Of a stretch of 28,288 nucleotides of DNA, positions 23,105 to 28,288 are shown piece after piece. Below the pieces are notes generated by a model. It saw nothing but the letters and a program-made list of their open reading frames with translations, made no database searches and was not told where the DNA came from. Each line of letters begins with the position of its first letter. Position 1 is the stretch's first letter. Position numbers and translations under genes: made by a program. Source of the DNA: a virus; the IMG/VR virus record IMGVR_UViG_3300022777_000088, one strand, 5' to 3'.

Positions 23105-26100
23105 ATGGATACACACAACTTTTCATATAGAACCCTGTTGATGGCCATGAGTTTTCTCATGGTCTTTTCTATTGTGGGCGCAACGTCGGCAATGGGACAG
23201 GTCACGAACGCTCGTGTATCGGGAACAGTGGTGGATGAGAACTCCAAGGCACTGCCCGGAGCGAACGTCGTGATGGTTCACCGTCCAACAGGTACAGAAT
23301 ATGGCACGGTGACGGAGACAGACGGAAATTTCAATTTTGGTAACGTTCGTGTCGGTGGTCCCTACGTGATTGAAGTATCATTTGTGGGATATCGATCAGA
23401 ACGTGAAACTGGATTCCAACTCGATCTCGGTGAAAACCGAACCTTTGAGTTTCAACTGGAATCGAAAACTGAAAAACTTGGAGAGGTAACAGTTGAAGCT
23501 GAAGAAGGATTATTCAGTGAAGATCGACAGGGAATCAAAACTAACATTGATCAAGAGGCAATCGAAACTGCTCCGACGATGGACCGTCAGGTTGCAGACT
23601 TTGCTCGTCTTACTCCACAAGCAATTGTGGGAAATGACGATGATGACGGTTCAAGTATTTCTATCGCTGGACAAAACAACCGATACAACTCGCTTTTCAT
23701 TGATGGAGCGGTTGCGAATGACGTGTTCGGTTTATCTGCACAGGGAACAGATGGTGGACAAACCGGAGCAAGTCCGATTAGCATCGACGCAATTGAGCAG
23801 TTCGATGTTGAAGTTTCTCCATATGACGTAACGCAAAGTTACTTTGGAGGTGGGGCGATCAACGCAGTTACGAAAAGTGGAAGTAATGAGTTTGAAGGTT
23901 CTTTCACTTACGAAACTCGTAACGAAACAGTCTCCGAAGACCTTCCAGAGTTCACAAATAATCGTTACGTCGGAAATGTAAGTGGACCGATTATTGAAGA
24001 TGAACTGTTCTTCTTCGCAAACTTTGATATCAATCGAGAAGAGAGTCCTCAACCCTTCGAAGGCGGTTTTGATGGGTTTCAGGGTGACGCAATCTCTTCC
24101 TCGCAGGACTTGAATGAGTTTGTGAGCTTCCTTGACCAGACCACTGGATTTGATCCAGGTGAAATCAGAGGTCAGCAAACGACTCTTGACAGCGAGAAGT
24201 TTCTTATTCGGCTTGACTGGAATATCAACCAGGATCACAAGCTCATGACCAGGTATAGCCGATCTAATTCGGAAAACGTTGATGCGTTTGGAGGAAGTCC
24301 TACAAATCTTACGTTTTCCAGTCAAAACGAGATATTTCCGAACACGACGCATATTTTTGCGACGGAGTTGAATAGTTCATTCGGAAATCGTTTTGCGAAC
24401 TCCCTTACGTTCTCGTTCAAAAGAGTGAAGGACAATCGGGGAACGAACATCAACAGTAATTTTCCGACTGTGAGTATTACAGATGGTGGAGCAGATGTGA
24501 ACTTTGGCGCAGAGCCGTTTTCTACGGTCAATCTGCTCAAACAAAATGTCATGACAGCTACAAATGACTTTGATATTTATGCTGGTGATCATACCATTAC
24601 GGTAGGAACCCACCAGGAGTTCTTTGATATCACAAATAAGTTCGTTCCATTCAATAACGGTTGGCACATTTTCTTCGATACCAACGATAATGGAACGGGG
24701 ATCGACGAATTCAAACAAACGGTCTGCGCTTCCCCTCAAGTTGACAGAAGCAGCGTTGATGAGTGTTCAAAGTTTCCGAATCGGCCAGCATTCAACGTCT
24801 TTGCGCGTGGATTTTCGCTTCAAGACGACAATCCAAATACTCCTGGATTTGAGGAAACGCTTGGAGACGCTACGAATGCGCAGGGAGCTTTCAACTCGCT
24901 TAACTCTAGCTTCTACATTCAAGACGAGTGGAAGGCAAGTGACCGCTTGACCTTGACTGGTGGATTGCGAGTTGACATTCCATTCTACTTGGATGATCCA
25001 GCGTTTCCGAATCCAAACAATCCACTTTCGCCAGACGATCCAAAGATCAATCCGAAAACGACGACCATTCCAGCTATCAAGAGCATAACGGAAAATGGTC
25101 GCCAATTTCATGATCTTGAAGGCGCAAGAGTGGGAGAAACGCCAAGTCCAAATCCACACATTGCTCCTCGCTTTGGGTTCAATGTGGATCTGCAAGAAGA
25201 GTATGATACGCAGATTCGTGGTGGAACGGGAGTTTTCACGTCTCGACAACCTCTCGTTTGGCCGGGTGGAATGTACTTAAACAACGGAATGAACACAGGA
25301 ACGATTGACTTTGCGTTCGGTCGAAATGAGTTCCGACCGAATCCGGGAGAAGGAAGTGTGGCTACAAGACCACAGTTTGAGGGGCGAAGCCCTTCGGAGC
25401 TTATTCCAAGTGGACGACTTGAAATTTTTGCGGAAGATTACAAGAACCCTCGTTTCTGGCGATCTTCTCTCGCAATCGATCATGAGCTTCCGGGTGGCGT
25501 AACTGCTACGCTTGAAGGACAATTCACTGAAACTATGACGAACATCGCAGTTCGGAATGTGAATTTGCGTCCACCGAATGAGACGACAGACGGCCCGGCG
25601 CAGCGGCCAATCTGGGTTCCTTCTCAGTTTGAACAGCGTGGGGAGTTTGGCGCTGCTGGAGACCAGAGAGTTGATAGCCGATTCTCTAATATCAACGTCG
25701 TAAGCAATACCAGTGAAGGTTATTCTTATGACGTGACTGCCCGATTCCAAAAGACGTTTCAGAATCTAACGGAATCTACGTCGCTTGAGACAGATTTCTC
25801 CTATACGTTCGGTGACTCTTACAGTGAGAACGATGGACTTAGTTCTCAAATTAACAGCGTATGGGAAGGTCCTGAAAATGTAAATGGACTCAACGATCCC
25901 GGCGTCGCGAGAAGTGACTTTTCAATTGGTCATCGGTTTCTTGTGCGTGCGGGAGTTCGCCAAGAGATTAGTGAAAATGTCAATAGCACAGTTTCGCTCA
26001 TTTACGATGGACAATCTGGACGGCCATTTTCCTACGTGATTGGAGGAAGTGACCGAATGGTTCGTGAGCGCGGTGAACCACGTTCTCTTTTCTTCGTTCC

Positions 26101-26647
26101 TGAGGACGCTTCTCAGCTTTCGTTTGCTGAAACACAGATCAATGGAGTGACCGTTACTCCCGAGCATCAAGCAAACGCATTGGACCAGTTTATTTCAGAG
26201 AACGAAACTCTTTCTGAAAAGCGTGGACAGTTCACTGCCAGAAACGATGACCGAACTCCATTTGAAGGCGTGGTTGACCTTCAAACAAACGTGGAGCTAA
26301 CTCATGACATTCTTGGTCGTGATCAAAGCGTGGAGCTTACTGCTCATGTCTTCAATTTCAGTTCACTTCTGGGTGATGCGCTTGGCACCGATTGGGGACA
26401 GCGGTTTATTGGCTTCAGTCGGGTCCAACCGACCGAATTCCAGAGGTTCAAAGACGCTGAAAATGGAGACTTTACGCCAGTCTTTACTGCTCCAAGAGTT
26501 ATCGGTAGCGTTGAAGATACAAACGGCGACGGTGTTGCTGAAAACGTTGAAACACTGGAGCAAGGTGAACTCTTTACCGAACGAACAACTGGCAGTTCGT
26601 TTAGCTCCCAGTGGCAAGTCAAATTCGGTGTTACCTATAACTTCTAA
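23105..26647 (+). CDS. TonB-dependent outer-membrane receptor, Oar-like, with N-terminal carboxypeptidase-regulatory-like domain
   Basis: Signal peptide; 'SGTVVDENSKALPGANV'; plug 'IDGAVAND..SIDAIEQF..GGAINAVTKSGSNEF'; 'YIQDEW..LTLTGGLRVD'; C-terminal BAM signal 'FGVTYNF'. Confidence 0.92.
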   Translation: MDTHNFSYRTLLMAMSFLMVFSIVGATSAMGQVTNARVSGTVVDENSKALPGANVVMVHRPTGTEYGTVTETDGNFNFGNVRVGGPYVIEVSFVGYRSERETGFQLDLGENRTFEFQLESKTEKLGEVTVEAEEGLFSEDRQGIKTNIDQEAIETAPTMDRQVADFARLTPQAIVGNDDDDGSSISIAGQNNRYNSLFIDGAVANDVFGLSAQGTDGGQTGASPISIDAIEQFDVEVSPYDVTQSYFGGGAINAVTKSGSNEFEGSFTYETRNETVSEDLPEFTNNRYVGNVSGPIIEDELFFFANFDINREESPQPFEGGFDGFQGDAISSSQDLNEFVSFLDQTTGFDPGEIRGQQTTLDSEKFLIRLDWNINQDHKLMTRYSRSNSENVDAFGGSPTNLTFSSQNEIFPNTTHIFATELNSSFGNRFANSLTFSFKRVKDNRGTNINSNFPTVSITDGGADVNFGAEPFSTVNLLKQNVMTATNDFDIYAGDHTITVGTHQEFFDITNKFVPFNNGWHIFFDTNDNGTGIDEFKQTVCASPQVDRSSVDECSKFPNRPAFNVFARGFSLQDDNPNTPGFEETLGDATNAQGAFNSLNSSFYIQDEWKASDRLTLTGGLRVDIPFYLDDPAFPNPNNPLSPDDPKINPKTTTIPAIKSITENGRQFHDLEGARVGETPSPNPHIAPRFGFNVDLQEEYDTQIRGGTGVFTSRQPLVWPGGMYLNNGMNTGTIDFAFGRNEFRPNPGEGSVATRPQFEGRSPSELIPSGRLEIFAEDYKNPRFWRSSLAIDHELPGGVTATLEGQFTETMTNIAVRNVNLRPPNETTDGPAQRPIWVPSQFEQRGEFGAAGDQRVDSRFSNINVVSNTSEGYSYDVTARFQKTFQNLTESTSLETDFSYTFGDSYSENDGLSSQINSVWEGPENVNGLNDPGVARSDFSIGHRFLVRAGVRQEISENVNSTVSLIYDGQSGRPFSYVIGGSDRMVRERGEPRSLFFVPEDASQLSFAETQINGVTVTPEHQANALDQFISENETLSEKRGQFTARNDDRTPFEGVVDLQTNVELTHDILGRDQSVELTAHVFNFSSLLGDALGTDWGQRFIGFSRVQPTEFQRFKDAENGDFTPVFTAPRVIGSVEDTNGDGVAENVETLEQGELFTERTTGSSFSSQWQVKFGVTYNF

Positions 26648-26668
26648 GTGAAATTATTATAAAAAACG

Positions 26669-26700
26669 CAGGTGGTGGGGATCGCGATCCCCACCACCTG
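26669..26700. terminator. Perfect 32-bp palindrome, probable terminator
   Basis: CAGGTGGTGGGGATCGCGATCCCCACCACCTG equals its own reverse complement; A-run upstream. Confidence 0.7.
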
Positions 26701-26724
26701 GCGTTGAATTATTGATTTGTTGAT

Positions 26725-27018
26725 ATGCCTCTTTGGTTAAAACAAATAATCGGTTGGTTTGAACGTTCAAAGTACAGTTGGGCTTGTGAGCGTTGTGGCC
26801 GCAAAACAGTTTTGAGACGCACTGTCAATTTAGAAAGTGGAATATTCGCGACGAATATAGGTGCTCTTTGCTGGCAGTGTTGGAATGAAAGTAATTGCAT
26901 CGAAAGGTATATTTATCAAAAAAGGTACTTCAAGCATGAACTCAAGCACAAAGCGCTTTCTGAGAAAATGAAGCGGAAAGTGCTTATCAAAGTGCTGAAA
27001 AATGAAGTTGGGACCTAG
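26725..27018 (+). CDS. Putative zinc-finger protein
   Basis: 'CERC' and 'CWQC'; HELKH variant of the HExxY motif. Confidence 0.6.
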   Translation: MPLWLKQIIGWFERSKYSWACERCGRKTVLRRTVNLESGIFATNIGALCWQCWNESNCIERYIYQKRYFKHELKHKALSEKMKRKVLIKVLKNEVGT

Positions 27019-27037
27019 TAGCTCCAAGGGTAGAGCG
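27010..27037 (+). pseudogene. Orphan 5' fragment (acceptor strand + D arm) of tRNA-Ala
   Basis: GGGACCTAGTA-GCTC-CAAGGGTA-GAGC-G; shares TTGGGACCTAGTAG with the start of the tRNA at 27424. Confidence 0.75.
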
Positions 27038-27040
27038 CTT

Positions 27041-27448
27041 ATGAAACAAGATAGAAAAGGAAGCATATCAGAAACTCGTGTAAAAGCTGAGTATATGGAA
27101 AGAGGGTATAATGTTTTGGTCCCTGAAAATGATGGACTCAGATATGACATCGTTGTAGAAAGAAAGGGTGAGTTCAAAAGAGTTCAAGTAAAAACTGCTG
27201 ACTGGAAAGATGAAAACAGCTTCATACTCAGGTGTTATTCTTCTGAAAATCATAGAGTTTACACAAATGATGAAATAGATTGTTTTGCTCTCTTCGATCA
27301 CAAAGAAGAAACCGTTTATGAAGTTCCGGTAGAAAAAACACCAAAAACTCAAATGAAGTTTAGAGTTTCAGAAACTAAGAACGGACAAGTGAAAAACGTG
27401 AACAGAGCGAAAGATTACGTTTTGGGACCTAGTAGTTCTAATCGGTAG
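27041..27448 (+). CDS. PD-(D/E)XK homing endonuclease (group I intron-associated/PDDEXK_5-like)
   Basis: 'KGSISE..GYNVLVPENDGLRYDIVVE..FKRVQVKT..YTNDEIDCFA'; AT-rich. Confidence 0.85.
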   Translation: MKQDRKGSISETRVKAEYMERGYNVLVPENDGLRYDIVVERKGEFKRVQVKTADWKDENSFILRCYSSENHRVYTNDEIDCFALFDHKEETVYEVPVEKTPKTQMKFRVSETKNGQVKNVNRAKDYVLGPSSSNR

Positions 27449-27499
27449 AACGTCGGTATGGCATACCGAAGGTTGCGGGTTCGAGTCCCGCCGGTTCCA
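27424..27499 (+). tRNA. tRNA-Ala(GGC) with 2-nt bulge in acceptor stem
   Basis: GGGACC-[TA]-G / CGGTTCC, G3:U70, A73; TCGGT-ATGGCAT-ACCGA; GCGGG-TTCGAGT-CCCGC. Confidence 0.85.
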
Positions 27500-27501
27500 C
27501 A

Positions 27502-27594
27502 ATGACAATCCTTTTTTTGGCAGCCATTTTGCTTCACGTCGGAGGAATCGCGGCGTGTCTTCTCATGTATATTCTTCTTCGAAGGTCTGAATAA
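27502..27594 (+). CDS. 30-aa single-TM peptide
   Basis: Own translation MTILFLAAILLHVGGIAACLLMYILLRRSE. Confidence 0.5.
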   Translation: MTILFLAAILLHVGGIAACLLMYILLRRSE

Positions 27595-27612
27595 TCTAAT
27601 CATAAAATCAAT

Positions 27613-27792
27613 ATGCATTTTGCCGAGAGAGAACGGATAGACGGAGACAAAATTGAAAGTATCGAAGACGTTCAAAAAATTATTGATGCGTTAGACATTC
27701 GGGTTGCTCCAGACCACGATTACTATGAAGACTTGAAACCGTTTTTGAGTGAAATTCCAGAGGAAGAAAAAACAAATATAACTTTTGATTGA
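27613..27792 (+). CDS. Small acidic hypothetical protein (59 aa)
   Basis: Own translation MHFAERERIDGDKIESIEDVQKIIDALDIRVAPDHDYYEDLKPFLSEIPEEEKTNITFD. Confidence 0.6.
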   Translation: MHFAERERIDGDKIESIEDVQKIIDALDIRVAPDHDYYEDLKPFLSEIPEEEKTNITFD

Positions 27793-27795
27793 AAT

Positions 27796-28020
27796 ATGAA
27801 CCATTACGCTATACGAGATCCACGAAACGGAAAATACTGCGCAAAGGGTGGGCGAAATAGTAGAGGAACCCATGAAGAGCCGCATGATTTGTTTTATGGC
27901 AAAGGTGGCGTCAAATCGTCAATCTCCCAAAAGAAGCGATATGGGTTCGACCCTGCAGATGAATATGAAATCATTCCCGTGGATGTATCGGTGAACGAAG
28001 ATGAGGTTGAAACGTACTGA
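27796..28020 (+). CDS. Hypothetical protein
   Basis: 'YAIRDPRNGKY' phage-type N-terminus. Confidence 0.65.
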   Translation: MNHYAIRDPRNGKYCAKGGRNSRGTHEEPHDLFYGKGGVKSSISQKKRYGFDPADEYEIIPVDVSVNEDEVETY

Positions 28021-28237
28021 AAACCAGCACGAGCGTTTGTATGCAAACAGAAATTTTCGCGCCCTCGAATTGGTTGCCGCGATAAGGCGGCAGATCTTGT
28101 TCTATACAAAGAAACAAGAGAGTCCACAAAGCACAAAGATGAACGGGACTTTGTGGGTTCGGTCGGTGATGCAACCAGAATTCCGAGTGCTGCTTCACAT
28201 TTTATTCATGGAACGGCGGTTGGTTGAGAGTGTTTAA
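28001..28237 (+). CDS. Hypothetical protein with HExxY motif
   Basis: 'ENQHERLYANRN'; overlaps previous gene. Confidence 0.45.
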   Translation: MRLKRTENQHERLYANRNFRALELVAAIRRQILFYTKKQESPQSTKMNGTLWVRSVMQPEFRVLLHILFMERRLVESV

Positions 28238-28288
28238 GAACCGCATTGAAACCAACCGCCGTTTTTCTATGAAGCTATGAGCGCAACA

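Noticed and set aside
4676-26622. Numerous minus-strand ORFs and ORFs spanning tRNA genes (e.g. 7896-8576, 12399-13085, 19950-20555, 22779-23102)
   Set aside because: Antisense shadows of acidic + strand genes or read-through of tRNA sequence; no recognisable motifs.
27038-27423. Group I intron in tRNA-Ala
   Set aside because: The ORF fills the whole insert, leaving no room for a ribozyme core, and the downstream tRNA is already complete.
1-28288. CRISPR array
   Set aside because: No regularly spaced repeats; the only long direct repeat is a two-copy promoter.
1-28288. Haloarchaeal virus origin suggested by acidic proteins and TATA-like elements
   Set aside because: Perfectly spaced -35/-10 promoters, boxA-like sites, His tRNAs of bacterial appearance and a TonB-dependent receptor favour a diderm bacterial host.

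Overview
This is a 28 kb, almost entirely + strand accessory region of a large (probably jumbo) tailed phage. The host is probably a halophilic Gram-negative bacterium (Salinibacter/Rhodothermota-like). That is inferred from the very acidic proteins, canonical sigma70 promoters, boxA-like sites and a TonB-dependent receptor gene. The window holds an RNA ligase fractured by a split intein around a free-standing Vsr-like endonuclease, plus GIY-YIG, LAGLIDADG and PD-(D/E)XK homing endonucleases. It also encodes cytidine deaminase, dNMP kinase, a Mesh1-like (p)ppGpp hydrolase, orphan HicB-like and DUF2442 proteins, many small hypothetical proteins and 14 readable tRNA genes (none encodes CCA). Four features stand out. 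(1) A leader-peptide/antiterminator/terminator attenuator at 13270-13410 has a peptide rich in the amino acids whose tRNAs lie downstream, making it a candidate tRNA-depletion sensor. (2) About 11 otherwise unrelated, mostly small proteins share a [FL]xxHExxY motif. (3) A ~870 nt non-coding array of T-loop/tRNA-like modules lies at 17798-18669. (4) Several aberrant tRNA-like RNAs occur: triple UAGC-loop, double T-arm and bulged-acceptor tRNA-Ala. All RNA folds and family calls were made by eye, without database searches.
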